Origin: Haplodiscus bocki
Lineage: Eukaryota
DNA: 64,000 bases
NCBI GenBank assembly: GCA_965655095.1
Contig: OZ296651.1
Span: forward strand, 28,148,001 to 28,212,000
Direction: 5' to 3'
In this document: positions 38,201 to 50,753 of the stretch, one piece after another
Layout of the letters: each line of letters starts with the position of its first letter
How positions within the stretch are numbered: the first letter of the stretch is position 1
Notes under the pieces: generated by a model
Databases searched by the model: none
Told to the model about the DNA's origin: nothing
What the model saw: only the letters and a program-made list of their open reading frames with translations
Position numbers and translations under genes: made by a program

Positions 38201-39799
38201 GGGGTAAATTTTCTTTAACAAAAGATATGATACTCTAATCATTGGAAGTCAAAAACTGGCGAAACTCCACGTTTTCGAATCCAGGGTTCACACAGAAAAC
38301 TTTGAAATTATCGTTTGTTGAAGTTTGAACACAAGAAGCTTCTAATTGATGGTCAGAGGGGGAGAACTGAAACAGAGCCGAGCGCGGAGCTGGAAGTTGG
38401 TTCTGTGTCTCGTGGCTCTCGAGCAAGTCTGCGCATCCGAATGCAAGTAAACTTGATAGACACTTGAGAATCCCAGTCAAGTTTTGAATATTTCGAATGT
38501 GGCGAGAAACGTTGAAGGAGGATGACAGTCTTTGATGACAGTGACCACACATGAAATTTCGAAAATGCGAAATTTGCTTTTTGTTGGGCTTTGAACGAAT
38601 GTGCTGATATAAAGTCCGCCTGGATGAGAAAAGCTTTTAGACAGTCTTCCCATCGAAGCACTTTGCTGAGGAACATTGAGAAAGACCAGTACTCAAAGTT
38701 CACACCCATTGAAAGGCTAAATTTCAGGAAATTTTTCACTATTTACTTTTCGAACAGTGTTTTCCAAACACGACTTATTGAACGTTGCTAGTTTTTCCAC
38801 GTTCCTGTATTTCCCGAGAGGGCTGAGGTGAAAGTTTCTTACAGCGAATTTCTTCGATTTTAAGCTGCCTTCGAAAATAAGCCGTTCATATTTCTCTTCA
38901 GATTCAATGCCAACCACCTTCATATAAAAGCCGAAATCAATGAGTTTTGCGCCAATTTTTCTAACCCTCAAATTCCATAAGACGGATTTATCAGGTATTC
39001 TGGCATGGACATCATCGTCAACATCAATATATTTGGTCTCCTAATTGTAGTTAGCTTCGCCAATTTTCTCAGGTTTGGGACAATTTCCGTCCATCATGTG
39101 GAAAAACTTTTCTGCAGGCCCCGTCGGAACCCTAATTTTACACGCGACGTAGAAACGAGATAAGCAAAGATATATAACAGACGCCCTCGATTAGAAGCCG
39201 ATTTTAAACACTAAAATTTGAAATAGAAGCCGCGGCTGATAATCAAAGCAATAGGGTATTTTTTTAAAATTCGAAAGGCGGTCTGGTTTTTTTGTCAATT
39301 TAGTCGTTTGCTATAAGCTTTCAAATTCGTGGGTTCAAGCAAGACTTTGAGTAAAGCACGAAGAGTTTGTATTTCTTCATCAGCATTTCAATATTTCCAA
39401 AGTTGAATCCTGATATTTATGTTTGATAACTTTCAGAAAACTAAACTAGATAAGGTGTCAAAGTTGTCATGAAGTTAAACTAAGAGTTGTTAACGTTCTG
39501 AGGTTGAGGAGCAATAAGTGGTTCTAACTCGACTACACTATAAGAAAGGGTCATATGTGGCTCTAAACCCCGTCCGAATCTGTTACTACTTGCTTTTTTT
39601 CTGTTTTGAAGGAATTGAAAGTGGCCGATTCTATAAATTTTTTGGTTTTCGCTTCGAGCCTTCCAAAAACACTTTTAGCTGCGAATTTAGTATGAATCAA
39701 TACGGAAGAAGTTAGTGCACATCGTTACCATTTTTTCAGTTTTTGCAGAGACTCATCAGAATTTTCAGGCAGGCAAAGGTGACTGAAATTTTTCTCTAG

Positions 39800-42700
39800 C
39801 TTTGCACTTTAACTTTTCAACTACTAGCATGAATTCAAGAGCTTTTCTGCATTAAAGCGCTGATTGGCTTTCTTAAAATGTGAATTTGGTAAAAGTACTG
39901 AGTTTCTCGATTTTTTGTGATTTATGATCTTTCTCTTTTTATAGATCTTACATCTAGAAAATAACTTTTTATCTCTTCTCCCATGAAGCCCGCCATATAA
40001 AGGTTGGTTTAAAGCCAAGCGATCCTCATGTTTCAGTTTTTCTCGAGCAAATGTTCAAAACGTCCTGACAAATCAGCTTTGAGCAATTCTGAAATTGATT
40101 TAGCTTGTAATTGATTCAAGTATCGTCTCACCTTTCTTGCATGTTGTTTCATATGGGGTGCCCCACCCAGACAATGAATTTTCCGGCTAAAATCCATGAA
40201 GCCAGTCCCAGCATTTTTGATTTGATGTTGAACACTTCTTGATATAAAATATAGAAACAATAGTAGATCGCTTTTTCACATTCTGACGAAAGGAAGATTC
40301 GGTATTGAAACAGACTTGTGAGCAGTTTTTTATCCTGTTCAAAACTAGCATTTCTTCACGTTTTACGTCTCCGACAAGCCTGGTCATCTAGTGTGAACTG
40401 TCAAAATTGCTTCGCTTTGGCTGGTGCTGGTCCATAGCAATTTTGTGCAAACTTCCTAAACATTGTGAAGCAAAAGAGAGGAACCTGAGAAAACATGATT
40501 GACAATTTTTTGACTGTGAGACCTTGTGACAAGTTATTATCGCAATTTTTTTTCGAAGGAATTACAGCTGGTGTAATTCTTCTAAACTTGTCAATCATCT
40601 CTCCGATCTTTGTTTCAAATCATCGGTTGTGGCATCTGATCTATCGGGATGCTGATCTCAACTGACACACCAGAATGTGCTGCGAAGTTGCGCTTTGCTT
40701 TTCAAATATTATTTTAGTTATAGAATATGCTTTAATTTCTCGCCAAGACAGTTCATTGGAGTGGCCTTTATTGAGCTGGCAAAGCCAGCTTATCACGACC
40801 TACATTTTTTTGTTGTCTGGTTGTTTACGGTTTGCATTTATGGCATGTTTGCGCAATTGTTTTTGAGCTGATTTTACTCGTTTCTAGCCCCATTTTTTAA
40901 TCACAATTTTCTGGCACAATTTTGTCTCTTTCAACATGTAGAAGTTTAGACAAAACGACATATCCAAAATTGACCTTTGAGGTGAATTTTAGCTAAAAAG
41001 CCCGATGAAACCTTTTTTTGATAGGTTACACGATTTCCGTACGACATGAAATCTCTGTTCGGCTGTTGAACTACCATAATCAATTTCATAGAATTTTTTC
41101 GAAGTTAAACAATGTTTCGTGAAAAAGTTGGGTCCTCAGTGTCAAAAAGATCCTTCCTTTATAGTAACTTGAATTTCGAAAAAAATTCAATGACTTTCAT
41201 TTAATCCAATTTTCTCATAGTGCAATTTTTGCCTTCAAGTCATCCACTACATTTTCATCATCCCTTGCAAAAAAATGTTGAAACAACAGATGGCCAGCTT
41301 AATAGTTCGTTGAGTTAAAACTGGGTTGCAATTGCTTTCTGTTGAATAACTTACATAAAAGTTTTGTTCCATTTCAAACGCTCAATTTTTTGTTCATGCA
41401 CTGAGTTTCAGTTGAATTGTTGGCATAAGTTTTCACACTTCTGAGTGACAGAGGCTCAGTACTGCAATGTCTTTAGACCTAGAACTCGACTTGTACTTCA
41501 AAATGTAGAAAAATAACACTTGAACCTTTCGAGAGTGTTTATCTTAATGACTTGAGGTTGGATTGGGGGCTACAGGTTCGAATTGCCAATCACTGGCAGA
41601 GCGGATTTCTGGTAGGCAGCCAGATTGGCATCTATTGGCTGAGACTTCTCTGCTACTACTTTGATTACCCGACAAGTAACTAATTTAGGTTGTTCATTGT
41701 TGACAACTGATTTTTTCGTGTTCTTGCGAAATATCTGATTGCTTTTTTTGAAACGGACAAGAACTTCAACCTTGTTTTTCTCAAAATAGTACTTTAGGTC
41801 GATTCCTGGTTTTCTTTTCAGGAAAAGTCCCCAATATTTGAAGTTCCGGTGAGTTTGAAATCTTCCACCAGTTTTTTTAGGCTAAAGATGCATAGTTTTA
41901 TTCCGATTGAGAGTTCAGGAAAGTGTCCAAGATTGTTTCTGTCATACTTTTGGGAATTCTCAGTTTTTGACATTTTCTTGTGTTCGCAGTCATTCCTGAT
42001 GTGTCCAGTTGTCAAAGAGCTAGATTCTTTTGCATTGCCAGATTTCAGTAGAACCCTTTGGCTTTTGTGGTACACGTGAGATCAGGGGAAAAGGAGTCTA
42101 ATACGGACGGTTCTCGTTTTTTCCCTTCCGTCTCCAAATCGCAAGAAAAGAGTTCTTGCTCTTAAATAGGGTGTTCCTGTCGTATTGAAAATTTATTCCA
42201 GCCGCGCCACTTTTCTCAAAAAGCTCGGTCACCTAACTTAACTAATGCCGGTCCTCTTTTCTCACTTTGAATGAACTGAAAAACAGCGGTACGTGCTTCA
42301 AGTAGTATCTGATGAACCTAATGACATAAACTGTCCAGGAATTTCAATAGAAAAAGACTCTTTGGAAAGCCACTGGCAGGTTTGCATCCAACCAGTGATT
42401 TTCGAACCTATTTTACTCAATTGTAGTGAGGACACACGGACTAATTTCTATAATTTTCCAGCGAAAATTTGAAAATAGTCCTCGGAAAACAAACGGTGTT
42501 ATCAGGACAGGTGTTCATTAAAAGCGTTTCTACCAAAGTTTTCAATGGGATTAGCTTCATCTGGCGTTGATTCAACTACCCGTTACCAGGAGCAACTGAT
42601 AAGTTGTAGCGATTGTCTATTTTTAACAATCACTGCAAAAAAATCGGTATATGTGTGAAAAGTCGAATATCTAATTTTTTATGTGCTTCAATAGAAGCTT

Positions 42701-44400
42701 TTCCTCAACGACTACTAGTTTGATTCAGCTACTAGACGAATCAGCTCATCATTGCTAAGTGTTTCTGATGGCCACACGGGTTGGTGTTGTTGGAGGATGC
42801 CTTTATTTGTGTTGGTTGTTAGCTTTCCTTGGAGACTGCTGGTCGGAAATGGTCAATCTAGTCCTCATTGCCTCATTGAGCTTTTTGTTGACCACATTTT
42901 CTGACTGGCTGCCGGGTTGACCGATTTTACTTCTCCTTGCGAATTGTTGTGGTTTCTCTTTGAAAAACCGAGATCGTTTGTTCTGCGTCGTCTGTCAAAA
43001 GTCTTTATCTTGATGAGTGCTGTTCGGATTGGACTTTTCGAGAATTGACTCAACCATTCGTTGATATGAAAGTACCAGAAGCAGCCAGGACACTTTATTT
43101 TCAATTCTTGATGCGAAAAGTTTTGATTTGTCTAGAGAAATCAATGTTTTTGACAGTTGCGCCGTTCTCTACGAAAAATTGCCTAGACTCAACTCATCTA
43201 GACTCAAATCGACTAATCACAACCCAAAGCCTTTGTAGAAAGACAGGGATTATTTGTTATGTAATTTTTATGAAAAATTTAATTTTTCGAAGGAAATCAG
43301 AGTTGTTTTCACTTGTTTCGTTCCTCAAAAATTTTTTCCTGATTGAATCATGTCAGATGTGTTGCAGTTTTGACTAATCCAACTAATCCTTGCCTGGATG
43401 AAGCCAAAAGTAGCCACCATAGACTGTTTCAAGTTTTCTGTCCAAAACTCGTTTTGAACAGGCAACTGCAACAATTTTTCACAGTGATCGTTCGTTCAAA
43501 GAGATTTTTGCAATAACTTATCATCTTATGCCATGTATCTGCCGTTTTTTCTCAAAATTTAGAAATATCCAAGGTTGCAGAAATTGCTTGTTTCCCACAA
43601 ATAGTCTATTACTGCAATCGAACTTTTCAACAAAGTTTCACTTGCGTCTCAAGAGTTTCTTGGGAATTAAGCTTTGTTTTGCGTCAAAACTGTTCTCGGC
43701 GAGAACCCATGGGACGTGAGATGTTGTGCCCGAAACAATCTTACAAATTTTTCCATTTTAAAAAAACGATTCGGAAACTAACCTATACACCTCTTAATAA
43801 AAAGAACGAATTTCTCCGGGAGTGTTCAGTTCCTTCCCTCTGATTCAGTTCTCGGGTTCTCAATTTTTTGCAAACCTCCTTGGAAATCTGGCCAATAATT
43901 TTTTTTTCTCTCCCCGACGTTGATTTGTTTGCCCTCCTTGGACTACTGAAGATTGTGAACTTTCTAATCACACTTCACTAATGTCTGACCGAGATGAGGT
44001 GAGTCGCTTCTAAGCGTTGCGATACTCAGGTTAGTCTAAAGCTTTTATTTACTTTTTGTAATTGCACAGTCACGGAAAAAACATAATTTTACTTTTAAGA
44101 TGCCAACATCACCTTCATTTATCATGATGACTGAACAATCAACTGATAGAGACGTTTCAGGAGAGTTTTGATAAGAACTTTTTCCGTCAACTTTTGGGTT
44201 TCTGTGAGTCTTAGTATCTACCGTTGGATTTTTTTGCCTTTCTGGGAAGACAAAATTCTTGATTTTAAGACAGTGATGCCATGTACCAATAGTATGCGAT
44301 TAGCAATTTATGAAGGATTCTCTTTTTTGTGTATCATTCCATACAATTAAAATTTTGAATAACTTTTATTGTCTCTTTAAAAAAGAAACTCTTAGTCGTC
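39800..44400 (-). pseudogene. Decayed Pao/BEL LTR retrotransposon
   Basis: Minus-strand 'RVLGL', 'CF...RKF', 'FNT', 'GTGF..GAPHM..RKVRR' echoes of Pao RT/integrase; boundaries approximate. Confidence 0.45.
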
Positions 44401-45775
44401 GGCTGTAAGCTTATCAGTTCAATACCTAAAAAATTGATCAAAATGTGTACATTTTTTTCTGCAACCGAAACAACCGAAGCCATCCTTTTCTAAATGTACT
44501 CCAACTCAGACTAATTGCACTTGAACAAAACATGGAGTCATTTTGGATCAGCATTTCAAGTACATGTTTTTTATGAGTGAAATTTTGCAAAATTGCGTGC
44601 GTCTCAGGTCTCACTCGAGTACTTGCAAGCCAGCTTATTTGCAAACTTACAGAACGGTGTATATAATACTGTGATTGCTAGGGATTCTGCTTTTTAAAAC
44701 TAAGTTTCCAAGTTGATTACTCTGTCAACTAATCAAATATGAGGTTCTTGAAGTTTGGACGTTCAGTTGAGTCAACTTAGCGTTTATTCAAATATTCTCT
44801 CCCAAAAGCAACCACATAGTGGCTGCGATGGTTCAATTTTTAATTCTGACACGACAGATAAAAACCTGAAATTGAAAAATCCAGGTTGTTTCCATTTGAG
44901 GTATTCGTCACACTCCTTTTGGTGTTGACTGGTGGTCAGATTGCGCTTATCCCGCAAAACTTCAACTACCCAATAACTGATGTTACTGTTAAACGGGCGA
45001 AAGTTAATCGGTCTTCATTCTGAAAAATCTCAAACTGAAATTGAAAAAAGATGAACGTTTGATTGGCACCGTTATCCGAATTGTCCCTTCTGTAGAAACT
45101 ATCGGTCAGTTTGCGTCTAGACTGTGCTTGTTTGATCACGTCTCAATCAAGCACGAAATAGAAGTTCTCCAGTGCGGCAAGATTGGAGTAGTTTGTACTT
45201 TTGTCCGGAAAATGATTAATTGGGTTTGAAATTCAATGAACTTTCCGAATGCGTCGTTCATCAATAGTCATAAAAGGTCATCACTGGAGGCATTTTCAGA
45301 GATGATCTCAAGATTTCTTAAACGTTCAGTAATCTTTAGACAATTTCAGCAACGATCATAAATTTTCAGTTCTGATCGCAGATGATCACGCTCTGAGAAG
45401 CGCTGAATACTTACTGTAAAAATACTAATCATTACATCAACCATCTATGTGTTGAACAACTGCTTCTGCTTGCATAGAACCCTTAAATCACCTATCTGTA
45501 ATCGAGCGCACAAGCGTAGGACTCAGGGCAATGATGAGATGCAAGGAAAAGTAGTTACTAATTAAAGTTGAAACAACTGCTGTTGCAAGGTCATGAAAAA
45601 AAACCAAAATTTCAACTTTAGGCAAACGGCGGCAGGCAGAAAAACAGGCACTTCGATTTTAAGACTCATTGGCTCAATTGAGTAGTTTGATCTGGGGGTT
45701 CAAAATATCTAAGGTTCAATTTATGTCGACTTTTCGCTGACCAATGTTAGCCAACTCTGATTTTTTAATCTGCTG

Positions 45776-46445
45776 CCCCAGTGCTTGAAGTCTTGGTTTT
45801 CTTGGCAAGAAGATTCTTGGATCTTCGTGAATTTTTACCAAAATCTTGGCAAGTATCTTTAGAAAAAATCCAAGATTATCCAAGATCCTGACAAGAAAAC
45901 CAAAGAAAGTTGTCAAATTTTTAAGAATTTTTTTGGATTCACTGAAAATGCGAACTACCACGGCTTAAAGTTACGCCAATAGCCGCTTATGATCTCTATC
46001 ACGAGCATAACATTACAACAGCAAATCTGCGACTCGAGTTTGAGGAGGTTTGAATTATTGATGAAGATTGTTATGGCAATCGAAGATTGGGTAGTGTTTT
46101 TGCATAACGATAATTTTGGTCAACCATTGTTTGCCCAACTACTATTTTTCAGGATCAATTGTGTGAAAAAACAATCATGTCTTTCTAGTTTACAATAATG
46201 TTACAAAATTGTTTTGTTTGGAATGTATCATCTATTATTTCAAAAACCAATGAAATGATTAAATTTTAACTGAAATTGCAAAGTTTCTACAAATGATTTC
46301 TTGTTCCTCTTGCCAAGAAAACCAAAATTTTTTGCTAGAGTTGTTGAGCAGTTCAAGAAAACATTTAGATTTCTTGGCAAGAAGTTTACCATTATCCAAG
46401 AAATCCAACGTCTTGGAAAAAAACTTAAGATGCCAATCACTGGGG
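45776..46445. mobile_element. MITE with CCCCAGTG termini and tcttggcaaga repeats
   Basis: CCCCAGTG at 45776; CACTGGGG ends at 46445. Confidence 0.7.
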
Positions 46446-46869
46446 CAGATATATTCTTCAAACTCTGATAACCTACCAGTGCAAACATTCTTGAATTTTT
46501 TGGATTATTTCACTAATATCCATGTTAATGCACTGGCATATCTTGCACAATCGTGCTGTAACAGTAGTGGCACATTCTGGAACATCAATTTGAATCGCTG
46601 AGACAATTTCGAGTTTCTATGATTATCTCTGAAGGTAGTTATGACCGCAACCCGGTTGACTTCTCATGATTGAAAACAACATTTGGGGGAGGGGAATGAT
46701 TCGTTCATTAAAAAATTTAACGAAATATTTTCTTCAAATATTTGTCATGCATCAAGTAAGTAAATTTTGGGTAATCTACGAACAAATTAGCTAGATGAAT
46801 CTCCCAACCCGATTCAAGACGTTTAGCTGACACACAGTTTTAATTAGTGAAACTTTTGAAAATTTTAAA

Positions 46870-48312
46870 TTAAATTAGATCGTTGTTACCGTCATATGCT
46901 GGAGGATCCGGAGAGATTGAATCCGACTGTGACGGGGTTTCTGAAGACGGAGTTTGCTTGGGTTGAAGCACATTGCCAGCTGCTGAAATAGATCTCCTTC
47001 CCCAACGGTTTTCCACAAAAATTTCTGACCCAATGTATGAAGCGAAGGGATACGCCACTTCTCCATGTTCCTGCTTGTCCAAACCAAGTTCTTCAACTCT
47101 AGCCGGTACTCTCAAGAGTCCAGCAAAATGAAGTCCAAAAAACATGGGGCCTGTGGTTATAATAACCCACCCTGTGATAACCAGTGCTCCGAAGATGTTC
47201 CAAAACAGTTGTTTGAACGAGTGGGCATCCCATTCATAAAGAACGCCTGCATCTTTTGCAAACAAACAAACGGCAATTACACCCCAAAGGCCACCCCCAT
47301 AATGAACAGCAAAAGCGTCCAGAGGATCATCGATGCCCAGCTTGAAAATACCTTCGCTGTACCCCCAGAAAACAATGCCGCCAACAACACCCACAAATGC
47401 AGCAGCCCATGGATCCACAGCATCGCAACCGGCGCATATGGAAACCATACCAGTAAGGAACCCGTTTATACACCCCAAGAGGGTAAATTTTTTGGTGGGA
47501 ACATAATAAATTAAAACCACCGTAAGACCTCCACAGGATCCCGAAATCATTGTGTTGACCAGAATTTTTCCAATAACAGCCCCGTCACCTGGCTGAGTAA
47601 TGGACGCTTGGGAGCCTCCGTTGAAAGCAAAGAATCCAAAAATGAGAATGAAGGCCCCGAGGCACATGAGGGGAACTGTATGTCCAAAAACCCGCACATG
47701 CTTTCCATCAACTACTTGATCCAAACGGGGTTTCAGAGCCAGGGTTCCAAGAAGTCCAGCCACACCGCCCACCATGTGAACAACTCCACTGCCAGCAAAA
47801 TCTTTGTAGGAAATTTCCTCCCACCAGCAATCGTTCGCAAGCCATCCTTTTTCATTCCACGTCCAATGAACTACTATCGGGTAAACAAACCCAGTTAAAA
47901 CAAAACTGTAGACGAAATAAGCAGTGAACCGAGTTCGCTCAGCCATGGCTCCCGAGACGATAGTTGCAGCTGTTGCCGCGAAAACAAAGTGGAAAAAGTA
48001 GTGAGGATACAAATTGGACGGAAGGTTAATAAGGAAGAAATTTTTGTATCCCAGGAAGAAGTTTGAGTCCTCTCCAAAAGCCCAAGCGTACCCACAAACC
48101 CAGAAAATGATAGCTGCGATAGCTGAATCCATCAAATTTTTCATCAAGATGTTGGTCGTATTTTTAGCTCTCACCGCTCCAGCCTCCAAAAATGCGAACC
48201 CAGCTTGCATGAAGAAAACAATCATGGAAATTACTATCAGAAAAAAGTTGTCGATATTTTCTCTCAAATAGTCCCATTCCTCTCTCGATACGCTGGATTG
48301 AATGGCAGCCAT
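46870..48312 (-). CDS. amt: Ammonium transporter (Amt family), intronless coding region, ~480 aa
   Basis: FFMQAGFAFLEAGAVRAKN, DFAGSGVVHMVGG, FNGGS, IDDPLDAFAVH motifs; both pore His residues present; first ATG at 48312. Confidence 0.95.
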   Translation of the reverse strand: MAAIQSSVSREEWDYLRENIDNFFLIVISMIVFFMQAGFAFLEAGAVRAKNTTNILMKNLMDSAIAAIIFWVCGYAWAFGEDSNFFLGYKNFFLINLPSNLYPHYFFHFVFAATAATIVSGAMAERTRFTAYFVYSFVLTGFVYPIVVHWTWNEKGWLANDCWWEEISYKDFAGSGVVHMVGGVAGLLGTLALKPRLDQVVDGKHVRVFGHTVPLMCLGAFILIFGFFAFNGGSQASITQPGDGAVIGKILVNTMISGSCGGLTVVLIYYVPTKKFTLLGCINGFLTGMVSICAGCDAVDPWAAAFVGVVGGIVFWGYSEGIFKLGIDDPLDAFAVHYGGGLWGVIAVCLFAKDAGVLYEWDAHSFKQLFWNIFGALVITGWVIITTGPMFFGLHFAGLLRVPARVEELGLDKQEHGEVAYPFASYIGSEIFVENRWGRRSISAAGNVLQPKQTPSSETPSQSDSISPDPPAYDGNNDLI

Positions 48313-48530
48313 GATTGCAGTAAGCCCTGAACAATCAAAGTTATATTTGTTCAAGTGTCTTGAATAATCGCAGCTCCAATTCTTTTTTTATTGTGCTGGA
48401 GCTTTGCTTCATTTTAGGACTGACCAATTTTCCTGTTCTAGTCCAAGTTGTGAACACTTATTGTAAAACTGAATGAATCAATATTAAATACTAGACTGAT
48501 GTTAGACTAGTATAAATCAAACTAAAGTTC

Positions 48531-49440
48531 AACAAGACGGCCAGCTAGCACCGGCATATTTTTCGCCCAACTACAAATATTTTGATCAACTTTGCAAACG
48601 GTCAAAAACAAAACAAAACAAAACTGTTTTGATTTTAGTTTTCAAAGAGTTCTTACAAACATCAATTCGACCACTGATTTCTGTACTTTCTGCAAAAGGG
48701 TATCACGATTTTCCGTTGAAAAATTTTTGTCTCACAGTGCCGAAAAATTTCGTCGAGGGACCCTTCTGTGTTTCAGAAAATTTCTGGTACCGAAAAATGT
48801 TAGGGATAAGAGAGGGGGCGAGTATCACGATTTTCTGTCAAAATTGTTTTGTCTGACAGTGCCGAAAAACTTCGTAGGGGAACCCTTCTGTGCTTCACAA
48901 AAGTTCCAGTATCGAAAAAATTTATGGATATGAGGGGGGGAGGAGGAAGGGAGTATCACAATTTTCTGTCGAAAATTTTTTGTCTCACAGTGCCGAAAAA
49001 TTTGTAGGTGAACCCTTTAGTGTGTCATTAATTTCGGGTATCGAAAAATGTTATGCTTCAGAGGGTTATGTCACGATTGTTCGTCGAATTTTTTTGTCTC
49101 GCAGTACCGAAAAACTTTGCAGGGGAACCCTTCTGTGCTGTGTTTCGGAAAGTTTCCGGTAGCGAAAAGGTTTATGGATGAGAAGGGGGGAGTATCAAAA
49201 TTTTGCGGCGAAAAATTTTTATCTCACAGTGCCGGAAAATTTGCAGGGGAACCCTTTAGGGTGTCACTGATTTCGGGTATCGAAAAATTTTATGCTTCAG
49301 AGGGTTATGTCACGATTTTCCATCGAAATTTTTTTGTCCCACAGTACCGAAACATTTCATAGAGGAACTCTTCTATGCTGTATTTCAGAAAATTTCTGAT
49401 AGCGAAAAAGTTTATAGATAAGAGGGAGGGGGAAGTATCA
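48531..49440 (-). mobile_element. Helentron/DINE-1-like repeat with internal tandem array, interrupted by the viral insertion
   Basis: Minus-strand 3' end GCCGGTGCTAGCTGGC hairpin + CGTCTTGTT; ~120-bp units (tctcacagtgccgaaaaa..ggaaccc..gtatcgaaaaa..gggagtatca) break abruptly at 49440. Confidence 0.65.
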
Positions 49441-49448
49441 ATAATATA

Positions 49449-49820
49449 GGGTATTCCCTTTAATACCAGTAGCTCCTCATCGACCTCATTCGCTTCGCTC
49501 ATTTGATCGATTCGTCACACTGGTATTAAACGGAATACCCACGCTCGCTCGTCACTTCGTTCCTCACCGGCTCATTCGCTTCGCTCATTCACCTCTCGCT
49601 TATATTATTGCTCGGCTATGCCTCGCCTTTCTCGCTTCGCTCGTGTACTTATACGATCATGATAATTATAAGTGTTTATATGATTACAATCTGGCCAAGC
49701 AAAGATATACGTTATTATCATCGCTCGTCACTTCGTTCCTCACCGGCTCTGTTCGCTTCGCTCACTATCGCCTATCGCTTATATTATTGCTCGCCTATGG
49801 CTCGCCTTGCTTCGCTCGTG
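49449..49820. repeat. Terminal hairpin (49449-49540) and two ~100-bp direct repeats rich in GCTTCGC
   Basis: Arms GGGTATTCCCTTTAATACCAGT / ACTGGTATTAAACGGAATACCC (21/22 complementary); repeats at ~49545-49645 and ~49721-49820. Confidence 0.9.
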
Positions 49821-50162
49821 GGAATTCGTGAAAGTATACAATTATGTTGAATTAGAAATAAAATTGAAATTATTCGATTTCTTTTTATTCGATAGAATTC
49901 TTTCATGATATCTTGCGTTTCTCTCTCCTCGTAATACAAACTTTTTAGATTTGTCGTTATTTTTTAAAATATAGATACTTACAATTATATTTGTAATTAT
50001 ACTAGAGATATTTACAATTATATGAGTACTTATACGATCACGATAATTAGGTGATGTACAATTATACGAGTATAGATACTAGAGTATACATACAATTATA
50101 AGTGTTTATATTTTGTCTAGTTTTTTTCGAAGTGTTCTTTTGATTTTACAACCATTTATAAG

Positions 50163-50745
50163 TTAACAATTAGGTTCTAAATTCATCCAATTTATTGGTA
50201 CATAATCACGTATTTTTCCTAATGGTCCTCTATGTTTAAAACCCCAATGTTTAATAATAATATGTCTTTTATAAGGTTTAGACATATTATCTAATGTTTT
50301 TATTAAATTAGGATTGTGATCAATTATTTGACATATTTTAAGCTCAAGCATAGTTTTTGGTAATTGAAAATAATGACTATATGTAGCAGATTCTAAATCA
50401 GTAATAAAGATGATCTCGATGTTTACTAAATCATTTTGTCTACAACTATATTTCTTTATTATTTTTTCCTTAATGTTAATAGCATTAGGAACACTATCCC
50501 ATATTACTTTATTCTTTTCACAAAAATAATCATTTTGTATTTTACACCAACAACTGAAGGCATGAAATTTTATATTGTAATCATAAATATGTTTATTTAT
50601 AACATTATCTATTTCAACTACAGATACGTTGGGTATATATCATTTATTAACAACACTTAAAGATAATTGTTTATGTAACTTTGTTTTATTATGACTACTT
50701 TTATTTAAAATATATTTATCGCTGATATCACAATAATATTTTTTA
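50163..50745 (-). pseudogene. Disrupted viral ORF, paralogue of 52013-52716
   Basis: CDI..H.KTKLH, then I..H...YN.KF, then MLELKICQII.HNPNLI; broken by stops/frameshift. Confidence 0.55.
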
Positions 50746-50753
50746 TTTATCAT

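Larger units (their letters stand above)
27965..39590. mobile_element. Old degenerate Polinton/Maverick, full length with both TIRs
   Basis: AGTAGTAA..gttagagccac..gagttagagccacttattgctcctcaa..gtttaacttcatga at left; the inverted counterpart at 39455-39590 ends TTACTACT. Flanks TGCCGT / TGCTTT resemble a decayed 6-bp TSD. Internal PolB/ATPase/integrase relics. Confidence 0.85.

Noticed and set aside
46875-48271. Alternative-frame and antisense ORFs over Amt
   Set aside because: Shadow ORFs of a GC-richer coding sequence; no motifs.
48592-49440. Overlapping ORFs / CRISPR-like periodicity in the tandem array
   Set aside because: Whole units are degenerate repeats with no unique spacers, there are no cas genes, and the ORFs are by-products of the repeat.
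49608-49850. Short ORFs in the viral terminal repeats
   Set aside because: Translations of the repeat/hairpin region with non-ATG starts.
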